Both the position numbers and the translations under genes were made by a program. From the IMG/VR virus record IMGVR_UViG_3300046692_000385: a DNA stretch of 51,577 nucleotides. One strand, 5' to 3'. Of this stretch, positions 27,956-35,238 are shown in pieces. The stretch comes from a virus (lineage: Duplodnaviria > Heunggongvirae > Uroviricota > Caudoviricetes). Numbering within the stretch: the stretch's first letter is position 1; every line of letters starts with the position of its first letter. Under the pieces are notes generated by a model that saw only the letters and a list, made by a program, of their open reading frames with translations, did no database searches and had not been told where the DNA came from.

Positions 27956-28609
27956 TTACGCGGAAACCACGTCTTTCGCGTGCGCGACAAAGGCGTCGGC
28001 ACCCGTCAACCCGGTCTGTTCTTCGATCAGCGCCATGAAGCGCGCGAGGTGCTTTTCATCCCGGCCCGCGACCGCCTTGAAGCCCAGGGCCTTCTCCAGC
28101 TTCACGTCGCGCGCATCGGTCGCCTCGAGCTTCTTGGCGGTCTCTGCAGCCTGTTCTCGCACCTCCTCGTCCAAGTCTTCAACGAACGGAGCGACGTTCA
28201 CGTCACTCAGGTCCGCCGTCATGAAGTCGAGCTCCTTGGCGTCGAAGATCCCTTCGAGGTCGAATTCGAGCGAGGCGAGTTCTTCCTGCAGGATGCGTGC
28301 GTCGATCTCCGAGAGCGCAACCCGGTTGTCGGCGAGACGCAGCGCCCGGGCTTCGTCTTTCGAGAGGTCATCGCGGACCACGACCGGAACGTGGGTCTGA
28401 CCCAGGGAGATGGCCGCCAGCCGCCGGCCGTGACCCGCGATGATCGTGCCGTCGGCTTCAACGACGATGGCGGTGTTCCAGCCGAACTGCTCGATCGACG
28501 CGGCGATCTTCTTGACCTGCGCGTCGTCGTGCGTCTTGGCGTTCAGCTCGTAGGGCTTGAGCCAGTCGACCGGCTTCAGGGTCGGTTTGAATTCGTTCAT
28601 CATTTCCAT
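27956..28609 (-). CDS. ParB/Srx N-terminal domain protein 1
   Basis: LKPYELNAKTH...IAASIEQFGW..IVV...IIAGHGRRLAA; no evident HTH or methylase fusion. Confidence 0.85.
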   Translation of the reverse strand: MEMMNEFKPTLKPVDWLKPYELNAKTHDDAQVKKIAASIEQFGWNTAIVVEADGTIIAGHGRRLAAISLGQTHVPVVVRDDLSKDEARALRLADNRVALSEIDARILQEELASLEFDLEGIFDAKELDFMTADLSDVNVAPFVEDLDEEVREQAAETAKKLEATDARDVKLEKALGFKAVAGRDEKHLARFMALIEEQTGLTGADAFVAHAKDVVSA

Positions 28610-28758
28610 CCAAGCTTGCGAAGCGCCTCTTTGAACGCTTCAAGTTCTTCGGGCGTCGGGCCGGTCGGCTCCAGTCCGCGGCGGGTCATCTCGCAGGGAC
28701 AGTAGGGGTCGCCCTTCTGTGGCCCCATACAGGCGCAGGCGTTGAAGGGCAGATTCAC
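28600..28758 (-). CDS. Small Cys-rich protein
   Basis: GTG start; CACMGPQKGDPYCPCEM. Confidence 0.55.
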   Translation of the reverse strand: MNLPFNACACMGPQKGDPYCPCEMTRRGLEPTGPTPEELEAFKEALRKLGWK

Positions 28759-28946
28759 GCAGCCTCCAGCCAGATCGGTTCGCGTTCTTCTTCCTCGCCC
28801 TTGTCGAGCGCCTGGAGCGCCCGCAGGTCTTCGTCGTAGCCGTCGTCCTCGCCGTTGTGCTCGTATGCCGAACCCTCGTCGCAGGTGCGGCACGCGAACG
28901 GGTCGTATTCGAGGTTCAGGCAGGTGCGGCAAAAAGCGAATTTCAT
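28755..28946 (-). CDS. Small zinc-ribbon acidic protein
   Basis: CRTC...CRTC. Confidence 0.6.
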   Translation of the reverse strand: MKFAFCRTCLNLEYDPFACRTCDEGSAYEHNGEDDGYDEDLRALQALDKGEEEEREPIWLEAA

Positions 28947-28947
28947 G

Positions 28948-29415
28948 TCAGACGGTCACCCAGTCGTCGGCCAGCATGTCGGTTTGCGACGCAAGCCAGG
29001 GCACGAACTTGTTGTCGGCCGTTTTCATACCGATCCACGGCAGCTCCGGATAGGCGTCGCCGTTGTCCATGACCTGCATAGTGCCCTCGGGCCTGAACAG
29101 GTCCAGGAACATCCCCTTGCCGTTCCAGCCCACGCGCGCGACCTGCAGACCGCTTTTGAGCGCTTCGATCGCCATGCCGAAGCTCAGCCCTACCGCTGCG
29201 CGATAGGAGCGATCGAAGACGTCCTTGGGGCTCCACGAGATGTAACCCACGTGGTTGACGTGGTTCGACGCACCGCCGTCCGCGTATTCGACGAGATACC
29301 CGGCTTCGAGTGGGTCTTCGTTTGCAGGGATCGTCCAGCCCCGATAGTCGTTGTAGGCGCCGCGCGTCATGGGTTCAGCGAACACCACCTTGGTGCCGAT
29401 GTAGCGTGTGGTCAT
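28948..29415 (-). CDS. Two-domain protein with C-terminal DUF2829/Tad2-like domain
   Basis: LSFGMAIEALKSG..VARVGWNGKGMF...PWLASQTDMLADDW. Confidence 0.8.
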   Translation of the reverse strand: MTTRYIGTKVVFAEPMTRGAYNDYRGWTIPANEDPLEAGYLVEYADGGASNHVNHVGYISWSPKDVFDRSYRAAVGLSFGMAIEALKSGLQVARVGWNGKGMFLDLFRPEGTMQVMDNGDAYPELPWIGMKTADNKFVPWLASQTDMLADDWVTV

Positions 29416-29417
29416 GG

Positions 29418-30065
29418 TTATTTCGTGAGAAGGTGAACAAGAGCGGCACCGGCATTGCTCAACGAGTCGTCCTCGGTGAAACGCTGGGCCTTCATGGTGG
29501 CTTCGATGAGTTCCGTGATGGTGCCGACGTCTTCCACGGGCACCTTGAAACGCATGATCTGGTGGGTCTGAACGACCGCTTCCTTGGGGAGTTGGGGCGG
29601 GGCCGCGTCGTCGTCAGGTATATCTAAATCATCCAACGCTATATTCACTGAAGAGAAGATCGAAGCGAAATCAGCGTCGGTGTAAGGCAGGAACTTCGCG
29701 AGGTCATCGGGGCTGCCCATGCCGTCGAGGAGCTCAGCGAGGCGCAGGGTGTCGTCGTTGCCGTAACGAGCGTTGTCGACCAGACCAATCTCTTTGGCCG
29801 TCTGATCATCGATACGCCCGACGTTGGTGACGGGCACCGAGTCGAGACCCATGCGGATCGCGGCGTCCCGTCGGTGTGCGCCGCCGAGGATCTCGTAGCT
29901 GCCGTCGGCAAGCTCACGCACGATGATCGGCTTGAACATGCCCAGACGCGAGATCGAAGCCTCGATCTTGGCCTCGTCATCGGGGGCGACGACGTTGGTG
30001 TTCCAGGGATTGGGCTTGAGCAGCTTCGGGGCAACTTCGAGAGATTGGATTTGGGGTTTGCCCAT
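29418..30065 (-). CDS. ParB/Srx N-terminal domain protein 2
   Basis: LKPNPWNTN...FKPIIVRE..YEILGGAHRRDAA. Confidence 0.85.
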   Translation of the reverse strand: MGKPQIQSLEVAPKLLKPNPWNTNVVAPDDEAKIEASISRLGMFKPIIVRELADGSYEILGGAHRRDAAIRMGLDSVPVTNVGRIDDQTAKEIGLVDNARYGNDDTLRLAELLDGMGSPDDLAKFLPYTDADFASIFSSVNIALDDLDIPDDDAAPPQLPKEAVVQTHQIMRFKVPVEDVGTITELIEATMKAQRFTEDDSLSNAGAALVHLLTK

Positions 30066-30081
30066 TTTTGTGGCTTCGAGG

Positions 30082-30128
30082 AACAGTCAGTATTGACTTA
30101 TACTACGCCAACTAAACCAGGATGGCAA
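30082..30128. promoter_or_regulatory. Divergent promoters sharing one operator
   Basis: Minus: TTGCCA-17-TAGTAT then operator; plus: operator 30085-30098 then TATACT (30099-30104). Confidence 0.72.
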
Positions 30129-30135
30129 ATCGGAT

Positions 30136-31692
30136 ATGGCAACCTTTACCCTCGCCTATAACGCGACCACCGCAAAGCTCGTGGAGACCGAGCGCGCCTT
30201 GAAGCTGGAGGTCCAGAAGATCGTCTCCTACAAGACGAGCGGCGGCGAGATGACGATGGCGTTCAAGACCGGCGCCTGGGACGGCCGCAGCTCCTTCTTC
30301 GACTTCAGGAAGGGCACCTTCCCGGCGGGCTTCGTGCAATACGTGGCCGGACACCTGCGCCGCGCTGGGCACACGGTGCGCTTCGCTGCGAAACCGGCAC
30401 CCGAGCCGCTGGGCCCGGAGAACCCGAAGGTCGACAGCTTCCCCGATGACCCGCGCTACGACTATCAGCCGGAGGTGGTGAGCCGGCTTGTGAAGCACCG
30501 CCAGATCATCGCCCAGGTGGCAACCGGCGGGGGTAAGAGCCGAATCGCGCGCCTCGCCTTCGCCCGCATCCGGCGCCCCACTCTCTTTCTCACCACCCGC
30601 TCGATCCTCATGTATCAGATGAAGGATGCGTTCGAAGAGATGGGCGTGAAGTGCTCGGTGCTTGGCGACGGTCAGTTCGGGACGGTCACAGTCGACGCCG
30701 ACGGTCAAGAACGTCACTCGGTGAAGATGATGAGCGTTGGCATGGTTCAGACGCTCGTTGCGCGTCTTGCCGAACCGTGCCCGGACGATGACGTCGAGAA
30801 GCAGAACGCGCAGATTCGGGTGCGCAACAAGACGATCGCGCTGCTGGAGAAGTTCGAGTTCGTGATCGGCGAGGAGGCGCACGAGGCGTCGGGCAACAGC
30901 TACTACGACATCCTCAAGCACTGCAAGAACGCTCACTACCGGCTCGCGCTCACCGCGACGCCCTTCATGAAGGATGACGAGGAGTCGAACATGCGCCTGA
31001 TGGCCGCGTTCGGTCCGATCGGCATCAAGGTCAGCGAGAAGATGCTGATCGACCGCGGCATCCTGGCAAAACCGCACTTCAAATACGTCCAGCTCCAGCA
31101 CAAGCCCGCGAAGCTCTTTCGGGGCACTACCTGGCAGGCCGCCTACCGGATCGGCATCGTCGACAACGTGGAGAGGAACGCCAAGATCGTGTTCGAGGCG
31201 CGCCGCGGTGTCGCACTGGGCCTGCCCGTCATGATCCTCGTGCAGCAGACCCGGCATGGTGAGCTTTTACGGGAGATGCTGGCGTCTCACGGCGTCACGT
31301 GCGAGTTCCTGCAGGGCGAGAACAAGCCGAAGGAGCGCAAGGCCGCATTGAAACGCCTCGCTTCCGGTGAGACGAAGGTGCTGATCGGCACCACCATTCT
31401 CGACGTCGGTGTGGATGTGCCGGCGGTGGGTGTCGTGATCCTCGCGGGCGGTGGAAAAGCGGAAGTGGCGCTTCGCCAGCGCGTGGGCCGCGGGCTTCGG
31501 GCGAAGAAGAAAGGTCCGAATTGCGCGCTGGTGGTCGATTTTGACGATCCGTGGAACAGCCACACGAAAGAGCACGCTCAGCAGCGCCGTTCGATCATCG
31601 AGGGCACGCCCGGGTTCGCGGAAAACATCCTGCCGGCAGGCCGCGACTTCGACTTCGTGGCACTCGGCTTGGCGACGCGCAAGGCGGCGTGA
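30136..31692 (+). CDS. Superfamily 2 helicase
   Basis: ATGGGKS, GEEAH (DEAH variant), LTATP, DVGVDVP, QRVGRGLR. Confidence 0.92.
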   Translation: MATFTLAYNATTAKLVETERALKLEVQKIVSYKTSGGEMTMAFKTGAWDGRSSFFDFRKGTFPAGFVQYVAGHLRRAGHTVRFAAKPAPEPLGPENPKVDSFPDDPRYDYQPEVVSRLVKHRQIIAQVATGGGKSRIARLAFARIRRPTLFLTTRSILMYQMKDAFEEMGVKCSVLGDGQFGTVTVDADGQERHSVKMMSVGMVQTLVARLAEPCPDDDVEKQNAQIRVRNKTIALLEKFEFVIGEEAHEASGNSYYDILKHCKNAHYRLALTATPFMKDDEESNMRLMAAFGPIGIKVSEKMLIDRGILAKPHFKYVQLQHKPAKLFRGTTWQAAYRIGIVDNVERNAKIVFEARRGVALGLPVMILVQQTRHGELLREMLASHGVTCEFLQGENKPKERKAALKRLASGETKVLIGTTILDVGVDVPAVGVVILAGGGKAEVALRQRVGRGLRAKKKGPNCALVVDFDDPWNSHTKEHAQQRRSIIEGTPGFAENILPAGRDFDFVALGLATRKAA

Positions 31693-31696
31693 AACA

Positions 31697-31723
31697 TGGT
31701 ATTTTCACAGTCACCACTGACTA
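31697..31723 (+). promoter_or_regulatory. Extended -10 plus operator before small membrane gene
   Basis: TGG-TATTTT-C-ACAGTCACCACTGACTA-AGGAG. Confidence 0.65.
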
Positions 31724-31733
31724 AGGAGCGACC

Positions 31734-31922
31734 ATGAAGCAAGCCTTGATTCTGAACCTGTGCATTGCCGCTTGCGTGATCGCGGCGATGCTCATTACCG
31801 GACGCGCCGAGCCGCTTTTCGGGCTGTTCCTGCTCCGGGAGATGCCGTTCGGGCTCCTGGTCGGTCAGGCAGAAGAGGTCGAGGGCGACGATCCGTCGAT
31901 CGGCTTTACGGCAAAAGTCTGA
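31734..31922 (+). CDS. Small membrane protein
   Basis: RBS AAGGAG; hydrophobic N-terminus. Confidence 0.65.
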   Translation: MKQALILNLCIAACVIAAMLITGRAEPLFGLFLLREMPFGLLVGQAEEVEGDDPSIGFTAKV

Positions 31923-31969
31923 AACAAACGCTCACATCGAGCACAAAAGTCGAGCCTTCAAAATCCCTT

Positions 31970-31996
31970 AAAATGCCCTACGCGGGCATTTTTTTT
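31970..31996 (+). terminator. Intrinsic terminator
   Basis: AAAATGCCC-TACGC-GGGCATTTT-TTTT. Confidence 0.82.
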
Positions 31997-32069
31997 CGTG
32001 TCTGAAGTTCTCGCGACACTATAATTACGTGCAACCTACTTTCGCACGTTTACCCCACAGATAAATAAC

Positions 32070-32363
32070 ATGTCACAAGCTAATACACCAAACGCGCCTG
32101 ACGATACCAAGCGCTACTCGGTCATCATCAATACGGCCGCGCAAAAGCGCCTGGGCTCGATCGCCAAGCAGTTCAAGATCAGCCAGGGCGCGGTGCTGGA
32201 GGTGCTGATCGACAAGGCTGATTTGGATGCGCTCACGCCGGAGCTGGAAGCGCGTCGAGAAGCGAAGACCAGCACCCGTTCGAGCAAGGCGGCGCTGATG
32301 GAAAAGCTCGCGACGCTCACGCCCGAGCAGCTCGCCTTCCTGGAAAAGCTCGGCAAGCAGTAA
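32070..32363 (+). CDS. Ribbon-helix-helix-like DNA-binding protein
   Basis: RYSVII strand then AQKRLGSIAKQFKISQGAVLEVLI helices; TATAAT at 32020-32025. Confidence 0.55.
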   Translation: MSQANTPNAPDDTKRYSVIINTAAQKRLGSIAKQFKISQGAVLEVLIDKADLDALTPELEARREAKTSTRSSKAALMEKLATLTPEQLAFLEKLGKQ

Positions 32364-32384
32364 AGCATGAGCGAGGCAGACTCC

Positions 32385-32408
32385 AAGGCACCTTCGGGTG
32401 CCTTTTTT
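32385..32408 (+). terminator. Intrinsic terminator
   Basis: AAGGCACC-TTCG-GGTGCCTT-TTTT. Confidence 0.85.
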
Positions 32409-32409
32409 G

Positions 32410-32862
32410 TTACATGCGCTCGTTGACGAACTTCCGGTAGAGGTTCTGCGCCCCGCCCACCTTGAGCGCGCACTCGTCGTAATTGGGGCCAGCCGTGCCG
32501 TCGCGGTTATACATGCCCCCGCAAATCCCCGAGAGCCGGATCACGGTCTTCGCCCCCGAGGGCTCACGCGTCGCACGGAAGCTCGGCATGCCGTATTGCA
32601 TCGGCGGGAAGGTGTCGATGAGCACCTCGTCGGAGAGGCGAACCGCCATCCCGCTACTCTGCATCACGTAGGTCTTGGTGATTGCCCAGGCCTTGTCACA
32701 GTTCACGGGCCCGACGCACTCCACCCAGGCGCGACTCTCGGCTTCCTGCAGCTTCACCTCCACTGCTTCATACCCGGCACGGTTGCGCGCTTCCTGCTCA
32801 GCGGTCATGCAGCCACAGAGTGCGAGCGCAGCGAGCCCGCCGGCGACGATGGTCTTGATCAT
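32410..32862 (-). CDS. Lipoprotein
   Basis: MIKTIVAGGLAALALCG|C lipobox; TATAAT at 32899-32894. Confidence 0.75.
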   Translation of the reverse strand: MIKTIVAGGLAALALCGCMTAEQEARNRAGYEAVEVKLQEAESRAWVECVGPVNCDKAWAITKTYVMQSSGMAVRLSDEVLIDTFPPMQYGMPSFRATREPSGAKTVIRLSGICGGMYNRDGTAGPNYDECALKVGGAQNLYRKFVNERM

Positions 32863-33172
32863 TTTTTGGTCTCCCTCGGTCAATTCGAGCGAGATTATAG
32901 ACAGCGCGCAAGCGCCGCGGCACGAGAACTATAAGGTTCCACCCACCACTCACCCATCTACCCAAGAACCCAGTGTGTTCTGTGCCATGTGGCGTGTGTT
33001 CGGGCGCGGATTGGACTGCGGGAGGTGCTGCGGGGATGCGGCTGTATAAGGAAGCGCGGACCTGGGCGGCCTGGCTCTATAAGGAAGCGTGTTTGGGGGT
33101 CTGAGGCGAGGAAGGGAGGGCCACCTGCACCGCTGAGATTTCCTAAGACTTCGGTCTCTGCGGTTCGCGCGG

Positions 33173-33343
33173 TTACTGCGTCGCGCGCTCTACACAAATT
33201 CGCGTTGCGTTGTCGCTCGCGCGTTGAATCTCGCGCAGACGTTTCGCGTAGTGTCGTTCTGTGCTTTCGATCAGATACGCGAGCGCACCGAATGCGAGAA
33301 CAGCAGAGATGATAGCGAAGAGTGAGAACGGTTCGAAGTGCAT
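33173..33343 (-). CDS. Small membrane protein (56 aa; not in track)
   Basis: MHFEPFSLFAIISAVLAFGALAYLIESTERHYAKRLREIQRASDNATRICVERATQ; own promoter. Confidence 0.65.
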   Translation of the reverse strand: MHFEPFSLFAIISAVLAFGALAYLIESTERHYAKRLREIQRASDNATRICVERATQ

Positions 33344-33375
33344 GCTTGTGTGTCCGTTTGAGTGAGTGTGTAGAG

Positions 33376-33419
33376 ATTCTAGCGTGCGTTACACAATACG
33401 TGCAATGTCTTTTTGCACG
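33376..33419 (-). promoter_or_regulatory. sigma70 promoter with CGTGCAA-N7-TTGCACG inverted repeat
   Basis: TTGCAC-18-TAGAAT; 24-bp element shared with 34475-34498. Confidence 0.72.
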
Positions 33420-33585
33420 AAAACATAGAACGACTTTTCGAACGTAAAACCTTGACCGTGAAACGTGCGAGTAACGATAACGAACATAGCGATTAAACCG
33501 GTTTAGAGACGTTTTGAGCGGTTCGCAGCACATGCAGCTACTCTGCGTTGTCTGACTGCTGCGAACCGGTTAGAGCGCTTCTGAG

Positions 33586-33601
33586 TGTTTCACGTGAAAC
33601 A
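33586..33601. promoter_or_regulatory. parS: Chromosomal-type parS site within a 26-bp perfect palindrome (33581-33606)
   Basis: TGTTTCACGTGAAACA, exact match to the widespread bacterial parS consensus. Confidence 0.82.
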
Positions 33602-33614
33602 CTCAGTTCTGACT
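33601..33614. promoter_or_regulatory. One-mismatch operator overlapping the parS palindrome arm
   Basis: ACTCAGTTCTGACT. Confidence 0.55.
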
Positions 33615-33623
33615 AACCGCTAA

Positions 33624-34373
33624 TTACGCGGTAAACATCGCTTGCACTTTTTTTGCTGCTGCTGCGTCAGTCAGTGTGATCGAGTCATCTTTGCGCGACT
33701 TAATGACGTTGCACACATTCAGAAAGCGCAACATTTGACGCGTGCTAGATGCTTGCGTGCTTGCGGTTGACGGTTCGCACATCTTGAACGAGCGGACCGC
33801 TTGAGTCTGCATATCTTCGCTAAACACGACTTTGTTAGAGAGCGACATTTGCGAACCGCGATTCGACAGCGACTCAAGCTTAATGAGATTTTTGAGAATC
33901 GCTTGCGTATAACCGTCGAAAACCGAAGTCATACCGCACGCAAGTGCAAAAATCGCTTTGCGGATTTTCTGTGCTGCGTAAATCGCAATGTAATCGTGCG
34001 CAGTCTTATCCGTGACAGCGTAGCAGCGCGACAGCGTAACAAAATCGACGTCGAGCGCTTGACACTTTTCGATAGCGAGCAACGCATTGCGACCGCTCAA
34101 TTGCGACAGTTCTGCGCGCATGTTCTTTGCGAAATTGTCGTTCGGTGCGTGCTTGATACGCGTTTCAATTGCTGCGAGCAAAAGCGCTTGCGCTGCTTCT
34201 GCTTTCTCTGCTGCGCTCACTTCTGCGACTTCTGCGACGACTTCAACCGCGAGCGCTTCAACCGCTTGCGCTTCGTCATTCGTGAGCGCTTGCACTTCTG
34301 CGACCGGTTGCGCTTTTTTGCTGCGTGCGCGCTTCGTTGCTTGTGCGTTCGTTGCGTTAGCTGCGTTCGTCAT
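33624..34373 (-). CDS. Hypothetical protein (249 aa) in GG-free island; possible DNA-binding protein
   Basis: Strong promoter; Ala/Glu-rich N-terminus; C-terminal STASTQASSTRQML motif. Confidence 0.8.
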   Translation of the reverse strand: MTNAANATNAQATKRARSKKAQPVAEVQALTNDEAQAVEALAVEVVAEVAEVSAAEKAEAAQALLLAAIETRIKHAPNDNFAKNMRAELSQLSGRNALLAIEKCQALDVDFVTLSRCYAVTDKTAHDYIAIYAAQKIRKAIFALACGMTSVFDGYTQAILKNLIKLESLSNRGSQMSLSNKVVFSEDMQTQAVRSFKMCEPSTASTQASSTRQMLRFLNVCNVIKSRKDDSITLTDAAAAKKVQAMFTA

Positions 34374-34403
34374 TTTCTTTCTCGCTAGTGTGTGTTGTGT
34401 GTG

Positions 34404-34498
34404 TAGTCAGATTTGACTATCTGTCGTCGCAGCAACGTTGCTGCGACTGAGATGAATTATGAAGCATCGAAACGATACGTGCAAACTCTTTTTGCACG
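34404..34498 (-). promoter_or_regulatory. Promoter, leader palindrome and operator of ORF 33624-34373
   Basis: TTGCAC(34484-34479)-17-CATAAT(34461-34456); 22-bp palindrome GTCGCAGCAACGTTGCTGCGAC 34426-34447; operator 34405-34418. Confidence 0.8.
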
Positions 34499-34613
34499 TT
34501 TTTCATGTGCGTGCATTTTCGCAACAAAAGCACGTTAGAGCACGTGCTCTATTGACGGGGCTTTTTGGTCTGCGTAGACGCGACGTCAATGCGGGTGATT
34601 CTCATTGGCGGAG

Positions 34614-34723
34614 GTGGATGAGGACGAATCTCGTTGGCTCGGGTGGATGAGGATGCTCCTTGTCCTTGGGAGTGGATGAGGACGATTCGCATTTAGGCCC
34701 GTGGATGAGGACGCTCCTCATCC
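34614..34723 (+). repeat. Four GTGGATGAGGAY repeats at exact 29-bp period
   Basis: Starts 34614, 34643, 34672, 34701; last copy closes hairpin GGATGAGGA-CGC-TCCTCATCC. Confidence 0.9.
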
Positions 34724-34788
34724 TGCGCGGCCAAGGGCGCGACGACCGCATGGGCAACGCCCTAGCACTCCCCGAGGGTCACCGCCTT

Positions 34789-34968
34789 AAACTCCCAATC
34801 AGTGTCGGCGACGGCTCCCGTCCTTGGGCCGCTCCCGAGGGCACGCCAAGGCACACCACCACGGCGCAACCCCAAGGCCACCCCTCACCGCCCCTCGGCG
34901 TTCTCCCTAGAGGAAAGGCCTTGGGCCCGCCCATAAACCCCAGTAGGGTGTCGGCGGCAGCTCCCGTT
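34789..34968 (+). repeat. 34-bp dispersed motif, copies 1 and 2
   Basis: AAACTCCCAATCAGTGTCGGCGACGGCTCCCGTC (34789-34822); AAACCCCAGTAGGGTGTCGGCGGCAGCTCCCGTT (34935-34968). Confidence 0.8.
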
Positions 34969-34989
34969 TCGACACCCTCAACCTCACCC

Positions 34990-35178
34990 TCAGTAGAGCT
35001 CCATCACCCCGACGCGCCCGTTGGTGCGGATCTGGCGGCGCAGGTGACGGATCTCAGCCTCCTCCTGCTGCTCCTCCATCCAGTCAGCGAGGGCAAAGGT
35101 GCTCATGCCCTTGAAGGGGGTCGGCTCGGCTTCAGCAGCTTGGGTGGACGGTTCGAAGGCGCGGATCGTGGTGTTCAT
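34990..35178 (-). CDS. Hypothetical protein (62 aa)
   Basis: Follows operator 35211. Confidence 0.6.
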   Translation of the reverse strand: MNTTIRAFEPSTQAAEAEPTPFKGMSTFALADWMEEQQEEAEIRHLRRQIRTNGRVGVMELY

Positions 35179-35207
35179 GGTGTTTCTCTCGGTTCAGGTG
35201 GTTGAGT

Positions 35208-35238
35208 GACAGTCAGCTTTGACTGTCGTTAAGCTTAC
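35208..35238 (-). promoter_or_regulatory. Operator with candidate -10 TAAGCT 5 nt upstream
   Basis: GACAGTCAGCTTTGACTGTC (35208-35227). Confidence 0.72.

Noticed and set aside
27956-30065. Classical ParAB partition operon
   Set aside because: No ParA, and no evident HTH or dimerisation domains in either ParB-like protein
32958-33533. Track ORFs 32958-33533, 32989-33312, 33801-34388 and 34660-35205
   Set aside because: They cross promoters, palindromes or repeats or are antisense; the short ORF 33173-33343 fits better
34614-34723. CRISPR or TIGR-type guide array
   Set aside because: The repeat is only 12 bp, the 17-bp intervals resemble each other, and no cas or Nop-domain gene is visible; kept as a repeat
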